Notes under the pieces: generated by a model | Told to the model about the DNA's origin: nothing | Database searches by the model: none | Seen by the model: only the letters and a program-made list of their open reading frames with translations | Translations under genes and position numbers: made by a program | Assembly (NCBI GenBank): GCA_000708835.1 | Contig: DF237355.1 | Location: 13,055-77,054 of the forward strand | Length of the DNA stretch: 64,000 nucleotides | DNA from: Klebsormidium nitens | Taxonomy: Eukaryota > Plantae > Klebsormidiophyceae | Direction: 5' to 3' | Shown here: positions 11,226 to 24,107 of the stretch, piece by piece | Numbering within the stretch: position 1 is the first letter of the stretch | How the letters are laid out: every line of letters begins with the position of its first letter

Positions 11226-14200
11226 CTGCATAGTTGAAGGGGGAAATCAATCACTGAAGGTAAGATTACATGAGCAGTGGAACAAGAACGCAGATACATG
11301 CGGAAAGCCGTGTTGCCCCAGAAAGAGTCGGCGCTTCCGAAGTTCCTGCCCTTCGAGTAGTGACAACTTATAAGCACCTATTAGTGGGGCCTTTGGAGGG
11401 CCAACCAATCATTCAAAAGACGCCAGGTGAAAAGTTGTTCAAAAGCGAATGGGGCTTGTGCTTGGAAAGGGAGTGGGTGTTGAATCTTTCGTAATGCCGC
11501 CCTTATTGACTGGGCTGTGTTTACGTGAGTCAACTAGCCGCGCAGGCCATACCATGGACAACTTGGAGTTCAGCCGCAGCACATTGGAATGACCGCCGAA
11601 GCGCACAGTCGTTCAAGGCCCGAGGTTCTTTCAGCCGTTTCGAGAGCACTTTGGACCGACACCTTTTTGAATCATTCAGATATGCAAGAGAAAAGAGTGC
11701 AGGAAAGTGGGGGGAAAGAGATCGACAGACCAGAAAAAAGAGTGAGTCACCAAGGCAGTACAAAAACAGGACGACGAGGGGATTGGGAGGGGGAACATAT
11801 AGAAAGAAAGGAAATGGGGAATCAGATCAATGGAAGGGCAAAGCCGGAACTCACCATGCTCATTGCAGGCTGCAGTTCCTCTTCTTCGGCAGTCAGCCAT
11901 GTCTGGCTCTCTGTTTCTAAGGTGTTGAGAGCCGTGGCACGCAAGGGCCCTCCGAACCTGACCAGAAGCAGATGGTGTTCATGTAAGCAGACCAGATTAC
12001 TAGTCTTGGAAAAAAGTTGGTGGTAGTGTGGGCCTGCCGTACCGTCACCGCGGGATAGAACGGCGTGTTTGCAAAGACAGAAGGTTCTGTGAAGGGTCTG
12101 CTCCACAATACAATGAACAGAGGCAAATTCCGATCATGCCCTTGAGCCCATGTTGGTGAAGAGTTTGATGATCAGTGAGGCCTTGCATGCAGTATGAGTA
12201 TAGCAGGGGATTACTGTGGTGCATGTCACTTGTACAAAGCGTTTACTTGGCTCCTAGGTAATTGAGAGAACGCCCCTTGAAAAAGTGCTCGATACTGTTA
12301 GGACTGTCTGAACACTTGCTGCAGCCGGAGTGCCTCAAGCCCCACTGCATTCTCCGCACTGAAGGATTAAGAATGTCGAATGTCAACCACTAAAGATTCA
12401 GTCGTTCTTAAGCGAAATTTTCAGGCACCCAGGCGGAGCGGGTTGAGTGTTTAGGTGCAAGCCTTCCGACTGCTTTAAGTGAAGCTCTTGAAATGGAGTT
12501 CGGATGCTTTCAATGCTCTAGAGTCTCATCGCTGCAAACCCTGCTAGCCCCGGATTGAAGAACCCAGATGACAATCAAACATATTTTAATGCTGCATGTG
12601 CAAACGCAAGGTATTTGCAAGCAATCGGTGGTGCGATTGCTCCCTCATTCTCGTCCTAATGTCAAGTGGTGGTACAAAAAGTTTATTAGCGCTCAGATTG
12701 ATTACGAAGAGGCGCTCCTCTGTTGGTTTGAGAGAAGCTACTCTGCTTTCCAGCAAAACCATGCCAATCTGCTTTATTTTGAGGCAGAGTCCTACCTGTT
12801 ACCCTTTGCTCGCTGACCGATTGTCCCGTCCAATGCAAGCGTTTCATAGCCCAGACGCAGAGGCCTGAAAGACGAATGTGACATCAGACGCCTGCTACGG
12901 CGCCACCCTACAGCAGAGTCTGCCCTTCCTCTTGTTCCCCAATTGCATGGCACACCTTCCTTCAACTTTGCAAGATGCTTCCGATTTGTAAGCCCTTTGG
13001 AAGGGAGGGGTAGAAGAATAGGGTTTGCACGTTGCAATCCGTCTGTGCTGCTCCATGGCCAGTGCAAGCAGATGCGATGCTGGCTCCTCAACAAGGACTC
13101 CGCAGCCATGACATAGGTTCACGCTGCACCTGCTAGCTTTGCGACTCAGCTATGTTACCATGCCCTTCGATTGTTGATTCAATAGCTGTCAATGGCATAG
13201 AAATTAAAGGCCAGCCCCTCTGGACAGCTTATCTCTCAGTCCTTTCGTGATAGCATGAGGGCTAATCTGCCACACTGATTCAAGGAGACGCTATGGATGT
13301 TCATCTCAAAACAGATTGCTTATGAGCTGCGGTCTCTGCTAACTATTGGCTGCGTCCGAAAAAGATGGCCGCAGGATGCCTTTCAAAAAATGTCTTATCC
13401 TCCGGTTAGCTCTATAAAACCGATTTGCTGCCGTAGCTGCCCTCCAATGCAGGTCCTCCAAACCAATTGCCCGCAAGTTCCCAAGGCACCTGAGTTACGT
13501 ACAGGGGGACATACAACGCTACACAGCCTACAGCCTGCAGGAACTTAATTAAAGCCTTTCCTTTCCTTCCCTCACCACATGAGCCATGAATTCTCATGAG
13601 AAGCAAACAGCCATGCAAGTTTGCGTTCAAGTAGGATAGAACCGGGCTTCCACTCCGCTTAACCGCGCCGGCAGTTCTCAAGGATTCTAAAACAGGTTTT
13701 GACTGTGGTAAAGGTGCAGGGGGTTTGCGGTAAAGGTTGAACACTCTTAGACGTGCTGGCCGCTGCTCAGGCGCGCGGGCCGCCACAGAGTCATGTTTCA
13801 GTGGGTGACGAGTCAGTTCATAATAATAATATATAATTGCATTTATAAATTTGCAAGCTCAGCGTTACTTGCATTACGTGCGTGCGCTTGGGCCCACCGC
13901 ACGCGCGGTACTTGCCCCGGGGCGCCGCTGGGCCGCAGGCGGCCCGGGCCTGTTGCGCCGTCGCGGAGCAACCCCGGGGGCCAGTACGTGCCCCGGCCGC
14001 TGTTCGATACGGCGACATACCATCGAAAATAAATGATCACTTTTGACGTATACAATATTAGGTGTTCACAAATCTGCGCCGCCGCGCGGGGGCGGCAGCC
14101 AGTCACGGTGGCAGCGGCAGCTACTACTGGTAGCCTAGACTCAGCTAGCTATTATTGGGCCTGGTCTACAGGGTGTGGCAAATTTTCAGCCTTCACGGTA

Positions 14201-15173
14201 GGGTTTACCTATCGTCGAACTCGAGCAATCGTTGCAGACTGCCGCAGCCCACAAGCGCGGCCAGCGGCGTCGTACTGTGTCGCCCAAACCGCGGCTGGGC
14301 CTAAACCTAAAACTGGCAAGCCAATAGGTATGCTGCATGCATAATGCAGCATCCTCGGACCTAGCTGACTTTCTGACGCCATCCTGAAGGCATCGAGCAG
14401 GTTCAGACTATATACCGGTTGTATCTAGTACAGCATTATGCTATATACTACTAGCAAACTGGCACCATTGGCATAAGGGCAGTACAGCAGCAAGTTGAAC
14501 AGGCGGACAAACCACCAAAGACAATGTACAAGGACAGACTGGAACAAAGTTGAAGGCCAGCAATCTTTCGTGCTTGGCCGAGATCTATGTGCTCGAGTTG
14601 CCAGCATTGCTCACTCAGCACTGCGGAAGGGCAGCATTAGATGAGATCTACCAACAAGCAACACCGATCTCCGGAGTGGCAGCAGGCAATGCCTGCCTCC
14701 TGGGTGCAGTCGGGCGTTGACCTGTTTTGCTAGCAGATCTCATTGACAAGCTGGACAGGTGGGGATCATGTACTGCATTCTGAATTTATAAGTGGATTAT
14801 CCTGTAAGATCTGCATCAGCAACATTGCGCGGGCGCAAAAAATTGTTTGAAAAAGACAGCCAGTAGGTAACGTTGCTTAGCACATCAGAATGCGCACGAG
14901 TGGTTGGTCCAACAGAGAGCAGGCGTTGAATGCAACATGTCATGACTTGTCAGATCTAGTGACTAGTTGCAGCAGAGTTGCAGCAGAGTCTGTTTTCCAA
15001 GGCGAGCGCAGGATCAGCAACCTAGCTCATGATGATGTACTACTCAATGACAACCCATCACTCCTCATCAAGCAGCCTGTTTTCTGGGGCAAAACAGATG
15101 TCAAGAGCGTCCAAACATACCTTCAGTTTGCTCATGTGCTTTCTCTTGTCCTAGTAACATTTGATTCGTTGTG

Positions 15174-17615
15174 ATGAAAGGCAGCATTGTACAGAGCCTG
15201 AGTGTTCCAGCTATTCCTGTTGAGGAAAACTCTCATACACCATCTATGCTCAAGCTCTTCTCGAATGGCAGCTCGCAGCTGGCCGGGGGGGATCAGGGAG
15301 GCTCCATGGAGTCCCTGTTGAGGGCCAAAAGCTTCTGGAAGCAGCTCACACTTGTGATTGCTATGTTTGCGATCGGACCTGCACTGGTTTACAACCACCG
15401 TCTTCTCAGGTACTGGCCCTCTCACTCATCTGGAGGGCAAGAAGCGTAGCCAGCGTTGGACAGAAACAAGCAGTCTGTTTGAAATGCTTGGTGCATTGTC
15501 TTGGAAGGATGTAGTGGTTCCAGCTCAGGCTGCTGGTGCCTTTAATTTATGTTTGTCAAGATGTTTTGCACGTCAGTAGATAGGCTCGAAAGTGAGGCCC
15601 TCAAGAGCACGCATGTCGATTGGATGCACCTGAATCATAATTCACGTCACAATTTGCTTCATCTTTGGTCATATATATCACTCTGCTTTTGCAGAATCCA
15701 ACTGCTAGAGCTTCACCAGCTCACGCTACCTGTAAGTCAAAGCCTGAAGCAAAACCATATGGTAAGCAATAGCCAGCCCTTTCTCACTTCCGTGAAATAA
15801 GTTGACTCCGGTTGGAAACCAGTCTGGATAAGTTGTTCCATGCTGGTTTGAACAACCACTGAGCAATCATTGGTGCATTAAGAGCAAACCTACCTTGCTT
15901 GTCCCTGCTAGCCCTCAGTGGTGGGAGACTTCTCAATTGCTCCTTGAATAACTCAAAGTGCCTGGCAAAATCCACAATCGGTCTGCTATACCTCATTTCC
16001 AGCGCAACTATCGAGCACCCTTAGAATTGGACGAGCCCCAATGTACCACCCAAAGATGACACCTTTCTGGATGTAAGGTCTAGTCAGAGCCCCCCACCGT
16101 CTTTGGCAAACGTTCTGATCATCCCTTGACCAACATCTGTTCGTGCATACATGCAGGTTGCTCATGAGTCAAAGTGGGACTCGAGAGTTGTCATTGTCCC
16201 AGCTGTATACCGTGACTGGCAGTGGGGCGAATGGCCCTCTTGGACTGCAAACCGGAGCATACATCTGTACCAGCGCACAACCCCCTGGGCACCACAGTAC
16301 TGCCAGAACACTGGCATGGAGGCAGGCGTCTTCCTCAAGTTCATCGTCGACCACTACGAGGATCTTCCTGAGCAGACCGTCTTTGTCCATGCTGAGTAAG
16401 TCTCCACTCTTTTGAAGTGGCTTGAGCATCTTCGACCATGAAGTTTGCATGCACCGCAATCGAGGCTCATCCTTCCTTGAAACCTCTTTCGACTTGAACA
16501 AGAATGTGGTTTGAGCACAAACCTACAAGCAGTCAACCTGTGCAATGCTTCCATCAACCCATCGAGATCAAGCACCGTAGATCATCTCTTGTGTTTGTTT
16601 GTAATCATTTACCAAGCATGCTATATCAGCCGTCTGGCGACTTCCTTTCGGTTGTCCAATGATTGTCCAAACCCTCGAACGGGTGTCCAAAACGCCGGCA
16701 GTCTGGCGGTGACTCTGCTTAGAGTCCATGTCCAGACTCCGTCCAGAAGTTGTCCAACAGTGTCCAAAGCCCGTCCAGACCTCAAGAAGGTTTGGACAGG
16801 CTTTAGACACATATTAGACAAAGTGCTTTCTCACAGTGGTCGCTCCGGGACGGAGTCACATGACGTGGTGGCAAAGTGCATAATTTCTAGCCCTCGCATC
16901 GGTAAGCTCAGTTCGTGCTCAAAAACGGATGTAGCATATGCGTTGAAGATTAGAGCTTGCTTGACTCGCGTCACTGACCGCTTCTTTCTTTTGCAGCCCT
17001 GCAAAACACAATGCTGACATTCTCACGTGGATCGACTGCTTGAGCCCTATTGGCCTATCGTAGACAAGTCTCAATACCAAGTGGATCCCGGAGAGGCGGA
17101 TCGGCGACTGGACCACGTGGCCCTACCACCCGGGAGTCGCCGGGCAGCTTCCTCGCCTCGAGCAGTGCTGGCGAGACGTCGCAAACATTTTTGAGAAACC
17201 ATTAACGGCCGAACCTGCGCAAGAGCTAGTAGTGAGCTTCTATTGCTGCCTGCAATTCGCCGCAAGTAGAGATGTGTTGCGCCGCTACCCTTTGGAAATG
17301 TGGACACGGGCTTATCAGCTCCTAGGTCTCGATCAAAGATGTGTAGAAGGGCCGATAGATGCAGGGAGCAATTGGGCCCTAGCTTCAGGTCTGCCTGACG
17401 AGGAGCCTCCGCGAGACTGGTTCTCTGGGAGTTGGGAGAGCAAGCTCATACAAGGTATGGCTCTGGAGCACGTCATCTCCGTGTTGTTGAACGACGAGCC
17501 GCTCAACAGTACTCCATACACGCAAGAACATTATTGCAAGAATTTTTTGCACACGTCCGTATGTCCCGGCAGCCCCTGTGGAAACGAGGTCCCCATCAGG
17601 CTGACTGGATTTTAG
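15174..17615 (+). pseudogene. DUF3431-family (glycosyltransferase-like) type II membrane protein with one in-frame TAG at 17061-17063; exons 15174-15409, 15695-15731, 16157-16395, 16997-17615
   Basis: N-terminal TM (LTLVIAMFAIGPALVY). Motifs NTGMEAGVFLKFIVDHYEDLPEQTVFVHA and FYCCLQFAASRD resemble DUF3431. The last exon is open on both sides of a single TAG (..GLS*TSLN..). It could be an intact gene with a sequencing error. Confidence 0.72.
16640..16830. repeat. Cluster of TGTCCA/GTCCAG motifs with terminal inverted copies in an intron
   Basis: About eight gtcca hexamer/pentamer copies are followed by ttggaca and ttagaca. Confidence 0.45.
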
Positions 17616-18834
17616 GACTCTAGCCTAGGGATTGCGAGATCAGACTTTGTGAGAGCAAGACGCGTATCAGCTTCAATTAATTTGCGCCCCATGCAGTGGG
17701 AGAGGGGCGTGCACGGACAGGCAGCTAGGAGAGATCAGTACAATCGTGTATTGAGAATAGAAAAAGCTCGATTCTCCCTGATCAGAAGTGCAACCGGTCG
17801 AAGTCACTAAAGTCACGGTGCAGCTAAGTACTCCAGTCGAGAGTGCGCTAACCGTAGGGATCTAGGCGTTCCGGGAATAGCATAGGGATTTTGTCTTCCG
17901 ATGAGAGTACATTGAAATCCCTCTTAAAATTGATTGTAGACAAGGAAAATAGACTCTGCTTAATATTAGTTTCATCATGTAGGTGTATCGGTATGTTCAA
18001 TGCAGGTGTTCGTCGTGAAGACGTTTGATTGATCATTGCTACGTACGTACTGCATGTACGTACGCGCGAAAGAGCTCTTCAGCTCTTGCCGCCGACCCGG
18101 TGTGAGCAATCGTGCGCGGGGCGGCCGCCCTGATCAAAGACACATGCAGCGCTGCAACGTGTTTTGCAACAGCTCCTGGCCGCACATGCGCGCGAGAACC
18201 TCTCGATTCAAACTGGCGCATGTTGAGCTTGTCCCACATCGACATATATTGCAATCCATTATCGTATATCGACTGGCTGATTGCAAATCAAGCACGCCAG
18301 CTTGAAGATTGTGACGACGTTGCAATCTGACTTCAAGTCGACTCTGTACGTTATAGCAAATGGAGCATCTTTACGCAAATAGGTACGGTATCATGTATAC
18401 ATATGTACGAGAGCTATCATGTATATAGGACCTACATATATGAGAGTATACATGTTCAGATTCCTGATCCCGCGCGATGCACGCAACTTCAGGACCGTCC
18501 GGCCGTTCCCAATTTTAGGACTTGGAACATGATTCACAGCCGTAGGCCTTGCCTCTCAAAGCAAATATTTAGCCTATGCGCACGCAAAGCCAGCCTAGTT
18601 AGCTCCTTCCGAAGCAAGACTTCCGCCCTTCCGTGCTTGCTTTCAAGGTCCGATTGCTATGTATATATGATGCTACACTTACGCACTTCTTGTCATGTAA
18701 AAAGCTCGTGTACAAATCTGCAAGGCTTCCGTAAAATAGCCACGGACGTTGGCTGATTATGTACAGTTCCAGTTGGATAGAGCCAATCGATGGTCTCAAC
18801 ATAGATCCGAGACTGCTATGCAAACGGTTCCGTA

Positions 18835-21800
18835 TCACATGACGGAGCACTTGTCATCCTTTGACTTCGAGTCCTTCGACTTCCCACTCTTGCCTGTTGC
18901 GCTGCTGGAACTTGACTGCTGCAAGAAAGCGAATCAAGAAAACTATATTAGACGCTGTTTGTGATTTGTCGTATTCTTGTTGTCTTAGCTGAGGCGTCTT
19001 ATTCTCTCCGCTCCACATCTCAGTGAGAACGATTGGCAGATTAATGGTCTCATAGCGTCTTGCCAACAACAGAGGCTGAACAAGTATTCTCAGTTGTTAA
19101 GATGGATATGGTAAGTGCTTTCGACGCCAGCACATATGGGTCATAGCGCGCAGATGATACATACGCAACGAGAAGGGTTGCAGACTCCGGAGACAAGAGC
19201 TCCACGAACTCGACATATGACCACCAGAGAGAATTCCCCTCCTCCGCATCACTAGCTGCACTTCAGAAACAATTGCATCACGCCCACATAGCCTGTATAA
19301 TCATGCAACGAATCAGCTCGGCAACCAGACGCAAATGAGGATTCACTGGAGGAACTCCTCCAGTCGAGAATGGAAACAAGACTCTTACTTTTGCTCTCCT
19401 CCCAGATACTGGCTGCGGTTCAGGCGGCCGTTGCATCGCCTCCTGTTGCCGCCTCCGCTCTGCCGCCTCCGCCTGTTGAGGGATTGAGTTAGCAGGAAGA
19501 GTTGAACAAATGATAAATGACCAGGCGATGCCCAGCAAGCATGAAAGTGGTGCAAGAAGAACGTGGATATCGAGTTGCCGTGTTGGAAGCCCCCCCCCCT
19601 TTCGGTACCCCCCGTATGAACGGCAGACTTTGAGCTTTTCTTAGATCTGAAGTATTGATGTGGGGGGTATCCAGTGGACGCGAGGTTCAGGTCAAACTAC
19701 TTGAGATCCTTGTTTCTCCTTCCATAGGCTCGGACACTTGCCGCAAGGCAAAGCCGCTGTGACAAGACTTCGTTTGAGCCATCAAGGGCAATCAACTAAT
19801 GCACGCAACGCAGCTGCCGAGTCCCGCAACACGAAAGTCCGACACGTTCTTACAAAGCAAACGAGAGAAGTGTGGGTGACTCCTCCTTACCAGCTGCGCT
19901 TCCTGGGCCGCTAGCATATCCGACTCCTCCTGTTGCAGCGCCAAAGCGTATTGCAGATCGGCGTCTACGGGGGGGTGGTTTCGGGCGCCATCGGACGGGG
20001 CCTGGTAGTCGTCCGGCGGGCGGTACAGCTGGAAGGCCCCGGTGACGAAGGTGGTGTCGCCATCAACCTGTAGGAAACGTGTCCATGGGCGATTAGGAGG
20101 GGTCTGCCCCACGTGGCTTGCGGCAGATCCCAGATTGCGACTGCCCGCTGCTGCGATCGGAACCGCGTGGCTTCTGTGAGCGACTACAAAAGCCTGGATT
20201 TCCGCTTGCCCTGTCTGGCTCGAGCACAGGAAACACCCCCGAGGATCAGAAACAAGCACTAAGGTGGAAACAACGGTTGCTTTGCGGATATGAAAACAAG
20301 TTTCAAAAGAAGAGAGTACAAACTCACCCCGCTCAGTTTCTCCCAGACGAGGCCCGATTGATGCAGGTAGCCCTGGTCGGTGGCGAGCAGGTACAGCTGG
20401 CCGTCGTAGCGGAACATGGTGTTGAAGTGGTTGTTGCGGAAGAACACGCACAGCTCTCGCTCCTGCAATTGGGCGAGTGACACGTGTCAGAACAGGGCGC
20501 CTCAATCAACCGGGCATATTTGACACTTCGGCCGAGTCCTGTCAGATTCAGGAAGAAGCTGCTGAAGAAGAAAACGACGGTGGCAAAAAGGCAATCGCGA
20601 CCCGTTCTCACTACCAACTTATGAGGCATCTGGACGAGAATGAACCGCGGATGCCAAAACGAGGCCTCTCAAGAGACATGACAGAAGTGTGCGAGTGCGA
20701 GACTTGACTGACGAACGAGAATCATTAATCAGCTTCAGAAGGGTAATCTTATCCTGGAACGGTCGAACTCCTGAGAGCAATCGCAGAGCGAGCCACCTCG
20801 ACTTCAGCTCCGGAAAAAGAAGGAAGGCAAATTTTGGCCGGCTGACTCGAACAATACTTCTAACTTATTATCGTCTATTTTTCCGCATTGCACTTCCACT
20901 AGTTCGACAAACGCCTCACGCGCTCAGATCAGCTGTCCGAATTCAAGTGAAAGGCGGTGAAAGTCACAAACGCCGAGGAGTCACCTTTATCCCCTCGTGC
21001 AATTTGACCAGCCCGTGATACGTCAGCTGGCTGGCCGTCGACTCCAGAAACGCCTGGATCGCACGCCCCTCCCGCGCTTTCCTCCGCGTCTCCTCCGAAT
21101 CAGACGCCTCGGCGCCCCCGCTACTGCCAGTCCCGCCCCCTTCTGCGGACGTGCTCGCCTCCTCTCCAGAGGCTTTGTTTGCGACTTCCGCTTCTGGCTT
21201 GCTATCCTGATCACCACTCGGCTCCAGTTCTTTGCTTTTCTCGCCACCAGGAACTGTCACCACCAAAGACTCTGGTGTTGCGCTGGGCGTCTTTATGCCC
21301 CCCCCACGGACCGAGTCTGCAGCGGTCTCGCTAGCTGCCAGGATCCCACCGACCGACGACCCCCTTTCTACGTCAATTGACCCTTCGGATCCCCTTCCAG
21401 TTTCCGCCGTTTCAGCCGCTCCCACGACCGCTGCTCCACTCCCCAAGCCACCAGAGTTTTCCGCTGTATCAACCACTTCTGAAGCAGCAACCGCTGTTTC
21501 TTCCCCCATCTCCGCCGCCGCCTTTTCGTATTCTGTCAAATCCGGATGCGTTACCCGAACAAACCCGTCCTCGTCCGACTCCGTTTCCTTTCCGGGGGGT
21601 GGATCGGCACTCTCGGCTGCACCCCCCAGCGAGAGTTGGATCGCAGCAGCAAGCGCGGCCGCCTCTTCCTCCCCTCCTTTACCCTGGATCTGCTCCCTTT
21701 TGTCCACAGTGAGCTGCGAGTCTGCCCCAGCGGCAGACTTATCTTCCGATTTTCCTACTATTTCGGTTTCCTTCACGCCCTGCAAATCATGCCCGGCTGC

Positions 21801-23497
21801 TTGGCTTGATCGAGGGCCTGGCTGCGCGGTTTCTCTGCTCGCTGTGCTTCCCGCGGAATACCCGCTTGCCCCATGCACGCTGCCGAGAGCCATGGCGCTG
21901 AGAGAGCTTGCCAGCTCTGCAGCCAGATCTTTCTCCTTGGACGACCCCTCGTTTCTGCTGACGGCCGGCTTGGAAAGGTCTTTGCCAGACCGGGAGCGCA
22001 GGGAGTCGATGCGCGTGAGGTCGAGATCGACGCCGGAGCACTGCAAGTCCACCAGCTTTTCGACCAGGTTGTTGTAAGAGGATGCACCGATTGCTGCGGC
22101 CGCTTCTTTATCCTGCAGTCAACCAGGTACTAGGATATTCAAGACCAAGCTGCGTTATGTTTGCGACCTTCTCTACATTGTTGAAGGGGTACAAACTGCG
22201 GCTGCGGCCACTGCGTTAAGCTGAAGAAGAAGCAGACCAGTAGAACCACTAGAGCAAAGGTATGGGAGCTCGATGGAGAAAGCTTAGGTCGGAAAAGCTT
22301 AGTACAGTAATGCAAGTGGCTCTAGCTGAGCAAGTAAGAACAGGGTGTCTCTCAATTGCCGGGCTCGTCTTCTCATCCTGCTTCTGTTGCAGACCCTGGT
22401 GTTAACCAGATGAAGTAATCCAAGTAACAAACAGACTTTGACATTGTGGCATGCCAATGGCTAGGTGTCTCGATACCATCGTGCTTTTGACTTCAACGGC
22501 TTTTGCACAGAAAGGTTTGCCTCCCATGAAATGGGGAACCTTGATTTTGACCTGGTTTTCTGCTTTTGTCCAAAAATGGGAGCAAAGAGAACCCGTTGAA
22601 TCTGCCAAGCTCCCAACAACTTGCAAAGCATCTTTATCTTGCCAGCGGGTTTGGGACCCTACAAGGAGGCATTGTTGGGAACTAGAAATGAAAAATTTTC
22701 ATGTGCTCTGATTGGAGACGAAACATGATGCGCTGAAAATGCCCACAGTCATTGAACACTTGTTCTGAATTGAGATGCTGATCAAGCAGGGCCAGTCCGC
22801 AGCCAGGCTATTGCAACATTGTCTGCCAATGTGCACTTCACTTGGTTCAAAAGAATGGGATGTTGGATGCAACCAACAAAATTGCTCTGCAAAACAGTCC
22901 TGTTTCAGAATCACAGCCCCCCTGATTCACAAGACAAGTAGGGTAGGACAAGATCCCAAAGCAAAGCATATCTGAAGCACGAAGCGTAGAGAACCAATGC
23001 ATTGAGAAGGCTAGAAGATGGAAGTGGAAGAATGAGAAGCTTACCTGAGGATCGACGAGCCAGCCGTGGACCAAGCTGATGTCAAGCAGATCAAAAATTG
23101 CGCACTCCGAGGTGAACTCAAAATCAACGACGCTTCTGAAACGCACGTTCACATCAATCCCCGTCGCCAGTTTCGGAAGCAGCGCAATGGCATCACTAAT
23201 GTTCTGCTGCTGATTGCTGACATAAGCCGCATCTTTTCCGCTGACGTTCAAATTAGTATCAAGGAGCCTCTCGGCCACTAGTGACATCAGCCGACTCTCA
23301 GATATCTCTCCCGCATCCTGGTGCAGCTGCAATTGATTCCGGAGGAGCAGGACGTTGGCGATTGCCAAAAGGGGGCACGGCCCGTTCTTGTTCTGTACGA
23401 TGACGGGGACCTCCCTTCTAAAAAAATGGACCCTCTTGATGAGATAGCTGAGCTCTAATCCAAGGCTGCCAGCTGCTCCTGTCGCCTGCGCCGCCAT
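18835..23497 (-). CDS. MINDY1: MINDY-1/2 family deubiquitinase; exons 23045-23497, 20985-22112, 20328-20462, 19891-20067, 19389-19472, 18835-18915
   Basis: Catalytic motifs QNKNGPCPLLAIANVL, LVHGWLVDPQ and CVFFRNNHFNTM. MIU-like DADLQYALALQQEE and C-terminal CaaX (KDDKCSVM*). All junctions are GT-AG and in frame. Confidence 0.92.
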
Positions 23498-24107
23498 GGC
23501 AAACTGCACTTTGTGGCCTACTGCGCCAGGCTAACTGTCAGTGTCAGGGCCCAGGCTCCCCCACTCGCCAGCTATTGAAAGCTCCCCAATTGGGTTCAAT
23601 TGGCGCCTTGAATGTGCAACCTGACACTGACATAAATTCCTGGGCAAACGAAACCATGAAGTCAAGCGCAAGAGAATCTCAAAGCCGTGTTTCTCTATAC
23701 GCCGGACAGGCTGATGATACGCGATAATATTATATCAAACGCTATGGGGCATGATAATTAGGGTTCCGCCAAGCAGCTCCGCTGCACCTCCAGGTGGTGC
23801 TAGAGCCATATGTGCTCATGCAGGGCAACTGCTCAGCTGCGCATTCCTGATGCTTGGCGAGACGTTCTCTTGACGCCCTGGGCGGCAAGAGAAGGAGCTG
23901 ACACGACATTGTTATGCTTAGTCTCCCTGGATTGTGAATAGGGTAGGATGGCCCTCTTGGGAGAAGCGAGTTAGGAGGATGCAGGCCTTTCTTTGCTGAA
24001 GTGAGAGTCTGAATCGTGGTCTGCGAAAATAATGCAGCTTCGATTTTGGAGGCCAAGTTCTTCGCTTCGGCCTTTAGAATGACCGAAAGACCAGACCACA
24101 CTCTGAG

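Noticed and set aside
11525-13122. Possible additional 5' exons of the NUMOD3 gene (ATG at 13109)
   Set aside because: Splice sites are plausible, but there is no homology support to fix a model.
13780-14340. GC-rich block flanked by AT-rich stretches, possible MITE
   Set aside because: No convincing TIR or TSD could be defined by eye.
20997-22133. Long plus-strand ORFs (e.g. 21232-22077)
   Set aside because: They are antisense shadows of the GC-rich MINDY exon.
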